64,000 nt of DNA, taken from the NCBI GenBank assembly GCA_050011565.1, contig JBEKIW010000005.1, forward strand, positions 64,001 through 128,000. The letters are read 5' to 3'. Numbering within the stretch: position 1 is the stretch's first letter; the number at the start of each line of letters is the position of its first letter. Origin of the DNA: Dehalococcoidia bacterium. Lineage in GTDB: Bacteria > Chloroflexota > Dehalococcoidia > GIF9 > UBA5629. Below, one piece after another: positions 51,217 to 60,113 of this stretch. Under the pieces are notes generated by a model. That model worked only from the letters and a program-made list of their open reading frames with translations, did not search any database and was not told where the DNA came from. The translations under genes and the position numbers were made by a program.

Positions 51217-51705
51217 ATGAGAACAAAAGTCAGGCCGATGATTGCCCGGGATAAACCAGCCATAATACATATGTTGCTAAATATGCCGGAATTCAAGCCG
51301 CCCGAAGTGATTGTTGCTGAAGAAGTTCTGGACGATTACCTGCGTGACCCGGTTCGGTCGGGATATCATGTACTCGTAGCCGAAACTGAGTCATTGGTTG
51401 TCGGCTATATTTGCTACGGACCCACGCCGTTGACCGAAGCGACCTGGGACATATATTGGTTGGCAGTCGCACCAAGTCAACAGAGTCAGGGTATAGGAAA
51501 ATCTCTGTTGGCTTTCGCCGAAGAAAATATTAAAGAAACTATGGGGAAGATAACTGTAATTGAAACCTCTTCCAAGCCGGAATACGAAGCCAGTGGACAT
51601 TTCTACCGAGCACAAGGTTACGAACTGGCTTGCCGCATTGCCGATTTCTATGCGCCCGGCGATGATAAACTTATTCTCATAAAACGGCTGTTAATAGCTA
51701 AGTAA
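51217..51705 (+). CDS. GNAT family N-acetyltransferase
   Basis: GYICYGPTP, WDIYWLAV, QSQGIGKSLL acetyl-CoA motif, IETSS and FY..GDDK. Confidence 0.9.
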   Translation: MRTKVRPMIARDKPAIIHMLLNMPEFKPPEVIVAEEVLDDYLRDPVRSGYHVLVAETESLVVGYICYGPTPLTEATWDIYWLAVAPSQQSQGIGKSLLAFAEENIKETMGKITVIETSSKPEYEASGHFYRAQGYELACRIADFYAPGDDKLILIKRLLIAK

Positions 51706-51728
51706 GCGCCCGACTTCAGAAACAAGCT

Positions 51729-52430
51729 TTATTTAATCTTTCCAGGGCTTTTTGCCAAACGCCTTTTCTGCTCTTCCTTCAGGATTTTCAATACATCTGC
51801 ATCGTCGACGGGCTCGAATCGCAAGTAAAATTGTCCGACTGCAGAGAAAAAGCTTGGCGTGCGAAGGCACACCATTTCATCCACATCTTCCGCCAATCTC
51901 CTCACCACATCCTCCGGCCCTACAGGAATAGCTGCTACCAGGAGAGCGGGCCTTTCCTGGCGAACCGCCCAAAACGCCGCCTGTGTTGTAGCACCGGTAG
52001 CCACGCCATCATCGGTTACAATGACTATCTTACCTTTAAGTAGTACCCTCGGGCGTATCCGACGGACCAGTCGGGCACGGCGTTTGATTTCGGCTAGCTG
52101 CGCCGCTGTCTCCTCCTCGATATAGTGCTGGCTTATTCCCAGCTCAGTCACAACTTGTCCATTCAAGAATATCTTCCCGTTCTCGGCTAAGGAGCCCATG
52201 GCAAGCTCCGGATGTCCGGGTGCGCGCAGTTTGTGTGCCAGCACTATATCCAGTTCGGCATCCAGCGTTTGGGCTAATTCCCGGGCCACTATTATGCCAC
52301 CACGTGGAATCCCCAGCACCACCAGATTTCGTCCGGGCAAGTTTCGCAACTCCCAGGCCAGAAGTTGTCCTACCTCTTGACGATCTCTGAAAGGCTCGCT
52401 GCTGTGTGAAATTATCCTTAATCTCGACAT
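51729..52430 (-). CDS. Phosphoribosyltransferase family protein
   Basis: FRDR, GIPRGG, ELAMG, VTDDGVATGAT and AVGQFY. Confidence 0.9.
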   Translation of the reverse strand: MSRLRIISHSSEPFRDRQEVGQLLAWELRNLPGRNLVVLGIPRGGIIVARELAQTLDAELDIVLAHKLRAPGHPELAMGSLAENGKIFLNGQVVTELGISQHYIEEETAAQLAEIKRRARLVRRIRPRVLLKGKIVIVTDDGVATGATTQAAFWAVRQERPALLVAAIPVGPEDVVRRLAEDVDEMVCLRTPSFFSAVGQFYLRFEPVDDADVLKILKEEQKRRLAKSPGKIK

Positions 52431-52760
52431 ATTTCGCCCTTAGCCATATTCCTTGTTTTATTCATGTCCGGTCGAATCGATGAGACGACCGGCATCAGAT
52501 AAGTCTTAATCAACCTATAGAAATAATATCAGCTCGCTAATTAAATAGTCATAAAGTCGCCAGGTAAATCAGTTAAATTTTTATTAAACCTGTGGTCTTG
52601 GGAAAGGCTTCCATTTAGCCCTGTCAAAGCCCGCCAGTACATTAGTCGTCATACATTAGTCATGGATAACCTATCTCGTTCTTAGCTTCTCGTATCTGTC
52701 GATAATGTACTGTAAAGTACTCTAATGCTATATTAATAACTTTATATATGTTTGTAGGTC

Positions 52761-52788
52761 TTGACAAGCTACAATTGTATGTTATAAT
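52761..52788 (+). promoter_or_regulatory. Near-consensus sigma70 promoter of the signalling operon
   Basis: TTGACA-16 nt-TATAAT with TG extension; palindrome tacaattgta in the spacer. Confidence 0.75.
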
Positions 52789-52822
52789 GCCCGCATCGTC
52801 ATTAAAGGGAGCATAATATAAC

Positions 52823-53395
52823 ATGGAACAATTACTTACTCCTCAAGAACTGGCCAAATACCTGAAGTTGAACCATACCACAATCATACGTAAAGCCCAT
52901 AAGGGTGAGATACCGGCGATTAAAATCGGCAAGCAGTTCCGGTTCGACAGGGACCAGATTGATAAATGGCTGATGCAGCAGACAGTAGGTAGGCATGCCC
53001 AAATTTTAGTAGTTGACGATGAGGTCACCATAGGTCAGCTATTCAGAGACAGCCTGGAGAGGAACGGTTGCCAGGTAACTGCCATATCGAGCAGCCTTGA
53101 GGCACTCGAAATCGTCTCCAGGCAGCGCTTCGATTTAATTTTCCTCGACCTGGCCATGCCCGAGCTTGATGGCAGCGAGCTTTTCCGTCGTATCAGAAAG
53201 ATAGACAAGCAGGTGCCTATAGCCATCATCACCGGCTATCCGGATAGCGATTTACTCAAGAAGGCCAGGGAGCATGGCCCCTTTTTAATAATGACTAAGC
53301 CCTTTACTGGTGATGAGATACTGCAGGCCGTCCATACCTTTAGCCAGCAGTCGGTTAACGGTAGCAGTAAACAGCCTGAGGCAAGACCCCGGTGA
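52823..53395 (+). CDS. Excisionase-like HTH plus receiver-domain response regulator
   Basis: LLTPQELAKYLK...GEIPAIKIGKQFRF; then ILVVDDE, FLDLAMP and KPF. Confidence 0.9.
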   Translation: MEQLLTPQELAKYLKLNHTTIIRKAHKGEIPAIKIGKQFRFDRDQIDKWLMQQTVGRHAQILVVDDEVTIGQLFRDSLERNGCQVTAISSSLEALEIVSRQRFDLIFLDLAMPELDGSELFRRIRKIDKQVPIAIITGYPDSDLLKKAREHGPFLIMTKPFTGDEILQAVHTFSQQSVNGSSKQPEARPR

Positions 53396-53429
53396 TAGAT
53401 AAAGAAACAACTGAAGGGGGAAGATTAAA

Positions 53430-53840
53430 ATGGTTATTAATACAGAAAGACAACATGGCCAGGTAAAGACCAGGGGTAAGGTATTGATTGTGGATGACGA
53501 ACCGGCAATTCGCAATATTTTAGCCAGAATTCTGTCAAACAAGGGGCACCAGGCGCAGACTGTGTCAAGTGGTAAAGCTGCCTTAGCCATGCTTCATGAA
53601 AAAGGTTATGACCTCCTTGTAGCTGACCTCAAAATGTCCGGAGTTAGCGGGATGGACCTTTACGAGACTTTGAAAAAGAAACGTCCGGATATGGCTGATA
53701 GAACAATATTTATCACCGGCGATACGATGACCGAGGAAACCAACGATTTCCTGGCTTCAAGCGGTAGGCCGTATTTGGCCAAACCTTTCACTCCGATGGA
53801 GTTCCTGGAAATAATTGAGCATGCCCTTGAAGGGAAATAA
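53430..53840 (+). CDS. Single-domain response regulator
   Basis: VLIVDDE, ADLKM, ITG and KPF. Confidence 0.9.
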   Translation: MVINTERQHGQVKTRGKVLIVDDEPAIRNILARILSNKGHQAQTVSSGKAALAMLHEKGYDLLVADLKMSGVSGMDLYETLKKKRPDMADRTIFITGDTMTEETNDFLASSGRPYLAKPFTPMEFLEIIEHALEGK

Positions 53841-53857
53841 CTGCAGGTGGTAAGAAT

Positions 53858-54106
53858 ATGATAAAAATTTTGATTGTCTTAGAAGAAGAGGACGGGATAG
53901 ATTTTCGGGCTTATTCGCTCCAGATTTCAAGTACGTCTGAAGACTTGCCTCCACACGTCAAATTGCGCCTCATTGAGACTAACGAGGAGCCGGGTATTGA
54001 CAACGCCGTAAAGGGAGTACAGCAAACAGGGTTCCAAGCCAATTGCCGTTATACTATGCCGCAATCAGGAAGAGCCCTGGAGACGCGGCAAATCTTTATG
54101 AATTAA
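53858..54106 (+). CDS. Small hypothetical protein
   Basis: 82-aa ORF filling an operon gap; begins like a receiver strand (KILIVLEE) and then diverges. Confidence 0.4.
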   Translation: MIKILIVLEEEDGIDFRAYSLQISSTSEDLPPHVKLRLIETNEEPGIDNAVKGVQQTGFQANCRYTMPQSGRALETRQIFMN

Positions 54107-54134
54107 TTGCTTTTAGAGGGTAAGGAAACCAATT

Positions 54135-55247
54135 ATGAGCACGAAAAACAAAGCCAAAATCTTAATCGTGGATGATGAGATGCGCGTAAGAGAAATCCTT
54201 TCCCGCAAATTAACCGACGATGGGTATAACTGTCTCACCGCACCTGACGGTAATGCTGCTTTAAAAATGTTGAAAAACGACCAGGTTGAGCTGGTTCTGT
54301 TGGACGTCATGATGCCGGGTAAGGCAGGCCCCGAGGTATTGAAAGAAATTAAATCCAGGTATCCAGATATTGCTGTCATCATGGTGACCGCCATAGCCGA
54401 CGTGCAGACAGCTATAGGCCTGATGAGGTTGGGTGCTTATGACTATATAATCAAACCGGTAGAGCTAAACGTGCTCTCGGTCAGCCTGGACAGAGCGCTG
54501 GAAAAACGGAATCTCATAATCGAAAACAGGGACTACCAGCTTCATCTGGAACAAAGAGTTGAAGAGCAGACCAAGAAAATACGCCAGTCGTTTCTTAATT
54601 CGACTACCTCCCTGGCTTACGCATTAGAAGCTAAGGACAAGTATACTCACGGACATTCAGAGAGGGTTACAGAAATAGCCGTAGCAGTAGCTCGGGAAAT
54701 GGCGGCACCGAAATATATGATCGAAAAGGTAAAGATGGCCGGATTGCTTCACGATGTCGGCAAAATTGGGATCAGCGAGTTCATCTTAAACAAGCCGGGT
54801 AAGCTCACCGACGACGAGTTTGAACTGGTAAAAGCACATTGCGAAGTAGGCGAGCGAATCCTGAGCCCTATAGTCGAAGATAAGGAAATACTTGAAATGG
54901 TCAGGCACCACCATGAGCGCTACGATGGCAAAGGCTATCCTGACGGGCTATCAGGCGAGCAAATGTCGAAAGGCGCCAGCATTATAGCGATTGCGGAAGC
55001 CTACACTAATATACTATCACAAGGAGCTATGGCTCTGGCTGTAGCCGATGCCTACGATGCTATGACTTCAGATCGGCCATACCGCCCGGCCATGTCTCCT
55101 GAAGCCGCCTGCTCGGAACTGGTAAGCGGCAAAGGTAAGCAATTTGCCCCGGTAATAGTCGATATTTTCATGAGTCTAGCAAATAAAGGTAAAAAAACAA
55201 TTAAATTCATTCCTAAACCAAAAACGTCCCAGGAGAAGAAAAAATAG
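54135..55247 (+). CDS. REC plus HD-GYP cyclic-dinucleotide phosphodiesterase
   Basis: Receiver domain; KDKYTHGHSERV, LHDVGKIG, HHERYDGKGYP and DAMTSDRPYR. Confidence 0.93.
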   Translation: MSTKNKAKILIVDDEMRVREILSRKLTDDGYNCLTAPDGNAALKMLKNDQVELVLLDVMMPGKAGPEVLKEIKSRYPDIAVIMVTAIADVQTAIGLMRLGAYDYIIKPVELNVLSVSLDRALEKRNLIIENRDYQLHLEQRVEEQTKKIRQSFLNSTTSLAYALEAKDKYTHGHSERVTEIAVAVAREMAAPKYMIEKVKMAGLLHDVGKIGISEFILNKPGKLTDDEFELVKAHCEVGERILSPIVEDKEILEMVRHHHERYDGKGYPDGLSGEQMSKGASIIAIAEAYTNILSQGAMALAVADAYDAMTSDRPYRPAMSPEAACSELVSGKGKQFAPVIVDIFMSLANKGKKTIKFIPKPKTSQEKKK

Positions 55248-55317
55248 CCTCCCATTCCAGACCCGGCTGGACGGGAAGTATCTAGAGCCAGTTGCGATGA
55301 GGTTAGAGGCAAAATAG

Positions 55318-58300
55318 ATGAAAAATAATAAATCGGCGGAACCAAATACGGCCGAGCAAATCCAATTTATGACCGGTCTGATAAAACAAGTTTCGCAGCC
55401 TATGATTGTAACCTCGGCCGATAGGCGCCTCCTGTATTGGAATGCGGCTTTTTCAAAGCTCACCGGCTACAACAACAAAGAGCTGAGCGACCCAATTATT
55501 AGCGCCGGCCTTACAGCACCCGAATGGCACGAGAGCGAAACCAAAGCGTTTGAAAGACTGCAGCGTACAGGCAAATCTCAGACTTTCCAAAAGGAATATA
55601 TCCGTAAAGACGGCGTGCGCGTTCCCGTAGAGGTACTTGTTTATCAGCTAAGTGAGGGCAATGGCAAGGTGCAGTACTACATCGGACTTATTACTGACAT
55701 CACCGAGCGCAAACAGCTAGAGGAAGAGCTGCTGAAATCGGAGAGTCATTATCGAATTCTAGTCGAGAACGCTATTGAGGGTATTGTGGTAATCCAGGAC
55801 GGCGAAATAAAGTTCGCAAATCCCATTGTTGCCATTGCCACCGGATACTCAAGCGAAGAAATGCTGTCCATGTCTTTAAAGAAACTCCTTCATCCGGATA
55901 ATGAAAAGGCTGCCGTAGAATCGATTAGCCAAGCGGTCGTTCCAGGCACCTTGCTGGTGGTGCCCCTGTTAAAAATACGGACAAAAGGTGGCGGAACCCG
56001 GTTGATTGAAGCCACTATTATATCCATTATCTGGGATGACAAACCTGCAAACTTGAACTTACTCAGAGACATTACCGAGCGCTACCAGGCCGAGGAGACG
56101 CTGCGTCAGTCAGAGAAGAAATATCGTTCTATATTAGAGGATGTTAGGGAAGGCTACTGGGAGGTAGACCTAGCCGGTAATTTTATTTCTTTCAACGAGG
56201 CAATATGCCGCCTGCTTGGCTACCCTGAGAACGAGATGGCGGGCATGAATTATCGGGCCTATACCTCTGCTGAAGACGTAGATAAAGTGTACCAGGCCTT
56301 CAATCAAATTTTCCGGACCGGCAAACCAATCAGGAACATGCATTACGAGATTGTCCAGAAGGACGGCAGCAAGAGGTTTGCCGAAACCTCAGTCTTCCCA
56401 GAGCGAAACGACAAGGGAGAAGTGATCGGCTTTCGTGGCGTCAGTCACGATATCACCGAGCGTAAGAATATAGAGGAGACACTAAGACACTCCGAGGAAA
56501 GATACCGGACTGTATTGGACGAGATGCAGGAGGGCTACTTCGAGCTCGACCTGGCCGGTAATTGCACCTTCACTAACGAAGCCAACTGCCGCAACCTGGG
56601 GTATCCCCGGGAAGATCTGATAGGCATGAATTATCGGGCCTACATTACCGCTGAAGACGTGGATATGGCATACGAGGCCTTTAATCAGGTCTATCTTACA
56701 GGCCAGCCAAGCAAAGCCATTACTTTTAAAATCGTTCGGAAAGATGGCGGTATGGGTCTGGCTGAACTCTCAGCCTCCCCTCTGCGAAACGAGAAGGGCG
56801 AGATAATCGGCTTTCGTGGAATCGGCCGTGAAATTTCTGAGCGTGCACAGATGCTTGCAACCCTGAGCCAGTCAGAGGAAAAGTACCGGTCTATCCTGGA
56901 GACTATCGAAGAATCCTATTACGAGGTGGACCTGGCCGGCAGCTTCACTTTTGTCAACGATACGCTGTGCCGCGGGTTTGGCTATTCCAGAGAAGAGCTT
57001 ATGGGTATGAACTATAAGGTTTACACATCACCTGAGATTGTTAGTAAGGTTTATAAGGCCTACAATCAGGTATATCGCACGGGTGAGCCACTTGCATGGT
57101 TTCCTATGGAACAGATCAGGAAAGATGGAACTCGCTTAATTATTGAAAACTCAATCTTACCTATCAGAAATGAGAAAGGTGAAATAATCGGCTTTCGGGG
57201 AATCGGCCGTGATATTACCGAACGCCTGCGGATGGAGGAGGCTTTAAGACACTCGGAGGAAAAATATCGGTCTATCCTGGAGAATATGGAAGAGTCCTAC
57301 TACGAGGAAGACCTTGCCGGCAATTTCACTTTTGTTAACAATGCACTGTGTCGCCATTTAGGCTATTCCAAGGAAGAGCTGATAGGCATGAACTACCGCG
57401 CTTACGTTCCCCCTGAAGAAGTCGACAGAGTGTTTCAGGCCTACAATCAGGCATATCGTACAGGTAAGCCGATTTCATCGTTCCGTACGCAAGAGATTAG
57501 AAAAGACGGAAGTCGGCTGTTTTCCGAAATCTCGGTCACTCCTTTAAGAAATGAAAGGGGTGAGACAATCGGCTTTAGGGGAGTCGGCCGTGATGTCACC
57601 AAAAGGGTACATATGGAGGAGACCATAAGGCAGTCAGAAGAGAGATACCGAACTATAATGGACGAGATGCATGATGACTATTTTGAAGTTGACCTGGCCG
57701 GTAATTACACCTTCGTAAACGATGCCTTATGCCGTAGCGTGGGGTATACCGTGGAAGAGCTGATAGGTAGGAACTACAGATTCACCATGAGTGACGACGA
57801 TAAAAGAATTTATAAGGTTTTCAATCAGGTCTATCTTACAGGGCAGCCAATCAAAGCCTTTGCTACTAAATTCGTTCGAAAAGATGGCAGCTACGGAACG
57901 GGTGAACTATCGGCTTTCCCGCTGCGAGACGAGAACGGCGACATAATAGGCTTTCGGGGAGTCAGCCATGACATTAGCGAACGTGTACAGATGGAGGAGG
58001 CTTTAAAGCAGTCGGAAAAAAGATACCGGACTATCCTGGATGACATGAAGGAGGGCTACTTTGAGATGGACCTCGCCGGCAACTACACTTTTTTCAACGA
58101 TGCACGATGTCAACAGTTGGGCTATTCCAGAGAAGAGCTGACGGGCATGAACTACCGGGTTTACGTGCCCCCTGAGAAGAGCAAGGAGGCATTTGAGATA
58201 TACAATCGGATTTATCGTACAGGTGAGCCGGCTGAAATGATTGATGTGGTACAGATTAGAAAGGACGGGAAGCGAATATTTGTTGAAAGCTCGGCCTACC

Positions 58301-59895
58301 CAATAAAAAACGAGAAAAACGAGATAATCGGCTTCCGTGGAGTCTCCCGTGATGTTACCCAACGCCTGCAGATGGAGGAGGCTCTGAGACAGTCAGAAGA
58401 GAGATACCGGACTCTTATGGACGAAATGGAAGAACCTTATTACGAGGTGGACCTCGCCGGCAATTACACCTTTTTCAATGACGCGCTGTGCAAAAAATTG
58501 GGCTATTCCAGAGATGAAATGAAGGGGATAACCTACAAGGATTACACAGTCCCTGATGATATTAAAAAAGTTTTTCAGTACTTTAATCAGGTATACCGCA
58601 CAGGCACGCCGGTCAAATGGTTCCCTTCAGAACAGATCAGAAAGGACGGAGCTCGAGAATTTGCCGAAACCTCAGTCTTTCCCTTACGAAACAAGGAGGG
58701 CAAGATAATCGGATTCCGCGGCGTCAGCCGTGATATCACCGAGCGCAAGAAGGCTGAAGAAGAAAAGAAACAAATGGAGCAGAAGGCTCAGTTTGCCAGT
58801 CGTCTGGCTTCTGTCGGCGAACTGGCTTCAGGCGTCGCCCATGAGATAAATAATCCACTGACCGGAGTTATCGGCTATGCCCACTTGTTGCTGGCCAGAA
58901 AGGACATATCACGAGACGTCAGACGTGATTTGGAGATTATCAATGAGGGCGCTCAGCGTGTAGCCGGCATTGTTAAAAAATTGCTCGCCTTTGCCCGTCA
59001 GACCAAGCCGGAGCAACGATACGTCAATATCAACGAGCTAATACGTAACACACTTGATTTGCGAGCTTACGAGTTGTCCGCCAGCAATATAAAAGTGGCT
59101 CTCCAGCTTACCCGCGATATGCCCATGACTATCGCCGACCCGGGTCAGCTCCAGCAGGTATTCCTCAACTTGATTATAAATGCCGAGACAGAGATGAAAA
59201 TAACCCATGACAAAGGCAGGCTATCAATCAAAACAGAAAAGATAAATAACATCCTCCGGATATCGTTCAAAGATACCGGCCCGGGTATAGCCAGGGAGAA
59301 CTTAGAGACTATATTCGACCCCTTCTTTACCACCAGGGAGGTGGGACAGGGTACGGGGCTTGGCTTGAGCGTCTGTCACGGCATAGTAACCGAGCATAAC
59401 GGCAAGATATGGGCTGAAAGCGAACCTGGCAAAGGAGCTACCTTCATCATCGAGTTGCCCTTAGTCACCGAAGAGGGACAATTTGAGCCGCCCGAACCTG
59501 TCATCGAAGAGGCCCCCAGGGTAGCTAAAGCCAGGATACTGGTGGTAGATGATGAGCCGGTGATAAGACAGTTCGTAAGCCAGGTGCTGGGCGAGCAAGG
59601 GCATACGGTGGAAACTGTAGACAATGCTGCCAGCGCATTAAAAATGGTTAAGAGCAAGAGGTATCGCCTTATACTGCTCGATATCAAGATGCCTGGTATG
59701 AGCGGTGTCGAATTGTACAAGCAATTTCAAAAGATAGCTCCATCGCTGACTAAAAGGGTAGTCTTCATTACCGGCGACGTCATGGGTAAACGTACCCTGG
59801 CTTTTCTCGACAAAACAAAAACGCCTTATATGATGAAGCCTTTTGATGCCAGGGAATTGAAGACACAGATAAACCGCATTCTAGCCAGAAAGTGA
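55318..59895 (+). CDS. Cytoplasmic hybrid histidine kinase with 9 PAS/PAC domains and a C-terminal receiver
   Basis: Repeated YR.IL..M.E.Y.E.DLAG units; GVAHEINNPL H-box, NLIINA, DTGPGI, GTGLGL; final REC. Confidence 0.95.
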   Translation: MKNNKSAEPNTAEQIQFMTGLIKQVSQPMIVTSADRRLLYWNAAFSKLTGYNNKELSDPIISAGLTAPEWHESETKAFERLQRTGKSQTFQKEYIRKDGVRVPVEVLVYQLSEGNGKVQYYIGLITDITERKQLEEELLKSESHYRILVENAIEGIVVIQDGEIKFANPIVAIATGYSSEEMLSMSLKKLLHPDNEKAAVESISQAVVPGTLLVVPLLKIRTKGGGTRLIEATIISIIWDDKPANLNLLRDITERYQAEETLRQSEKKYRSILEDVREGYWEVDLAGNFISFNEAICRLLGYPENEMAGMNYRAYTSAEDVDKVYQAFNQIFRTGKPIRNMHYEIVQKDGSKRFAETSVFPERNDKGEVIGFRGVSHDITERKNIEETLRHSEERYRTVLDEMQEGYFELDLAGNCTFTNEANCRNLGYPREDLIGMNYRAYITAEDVDMAYEAFNQVYLTGQPSKAITFKIVRKDGGMGLAELSASPLRNEKGEIIGFRGIGREISERAQMLATLSQSEEKYRSILETIEESYYEVDLAGSFTFVNDTLCRGFGYSREELMGMNYKVYTSPEIVSKVYKAYNQVYRTGEPLAWFPMEQIRKDGTRLIIENSILPIRNEKGEIIGFRGIGRDITERLRMEEALRHSEEKYRSILENMEESYYEEDLAGNFTFVNNALCRHLGYSKEELIGMNYRAYVPPEEVDRVFQAYNQAYRTGKPISSFRTQEIRKDGSRLFSEISVTPLRNERGETIGFRGVGRDVTKRVHMEETIRQSEERYRTIMDEMHDDYFEVDLAGNYTFVNDALCRSVGYTVEELIGRNYRFTMSDDDKRIYKVFNQVYLTGQPIKAFATKFVRKDGSYGTGELSAFPLRDENGDIIGFRGVSHDISERVQMEEALKQSEKRYRTILDDMKEGYFEMDLAGNYTFFNDARCQQLGYSREELTGMNYRVYVPPEKSKEAFEIYNRIYRTGEPAEMIDVVQIRKDGKRIFVESSAYPIKNEKNEIIGFRGVSRDVTQRLQMEEALRQSEERYRTLMDEMEEPYYEVDLAGNYTFFNDALCKKLGYSRDEMKGITYKDYTVPDDIKKVFQYFNQVYRTGTPVKWFPSEQIRKDGAREFAETSVFPLRNKEGKIIGFRGVSRDITERKKAEEEKKQMEQKAQFASRLASVGELASGVAHEINNPLTGVIGYAHLLLARKDISRDVRRDLEIINEGAQRVAGIVKKLLAFARQTKPEQRYVNINELIRNTLDLRAYELSASNIKVALQLTRDMPMTIADPGQLQQVFLNLIINAETEMKITHDKGRLSIKTEKINNILRISFKDTGPGIARENLETIFDPFFTTREVGQGTGLGLSVCHGIVTEHNGKIWAESEPGKGATFIIELPLVTEEGQFEPPEPVIEEAPRVAKARILVVDDEPVIRQFVSQVLGEQGHTVETVDNAASALKMVKSKRYRLILLDIKMPGMSGVELYKQFQKIAPSLTKRVVFITGDVMGKRTLAFLDKTKTPYMMKPFDARELKTQINRILARK

Positions 59896-59919
59896 TTTTC
59901 TGAACTCCAGCCTCTGTAG

Positions 59920-60036
59920 GAAATCCTAAATCTCAAATACCAAATCCTAAATAATACCAAAATTCAAAATGTCCAAATTCAAAACGTTTTTAATTTGGAT
60001 ATTTGATATTATTTGGATTTTAGGGTTTGGGATTTC
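59920..60036. repeat. Fold-back element of tandem 7-nt repeats
   Basis: aaatcct aaatctc aaatacc aaatcct...aaaacgtttt centre...tttggat tttaggg tttggga tttc. Confidence 0.75.
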
Positions 60037-60113
60037 TTATTTTACGGTGGGAATATAATGGCGGGGATGCCAAATAGCCTAGGGAAAGGTTTTGGAAGTA
60101 TAATAAACACGGC

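Noticed and set aside
52823-52990. Excisionase indicating a prophage
   Set aside because: The HTH is fused to a receiver domain inside a signalling operon; no phage genes nearby.
55900-58750. Long regularly spaced repeats considered as a CRISPR array or DGR
   Set aside because: They are degenerate in-frame PAS domain repeats; no cas or reverse transcriptase genes and no identical short repeats with spacers.
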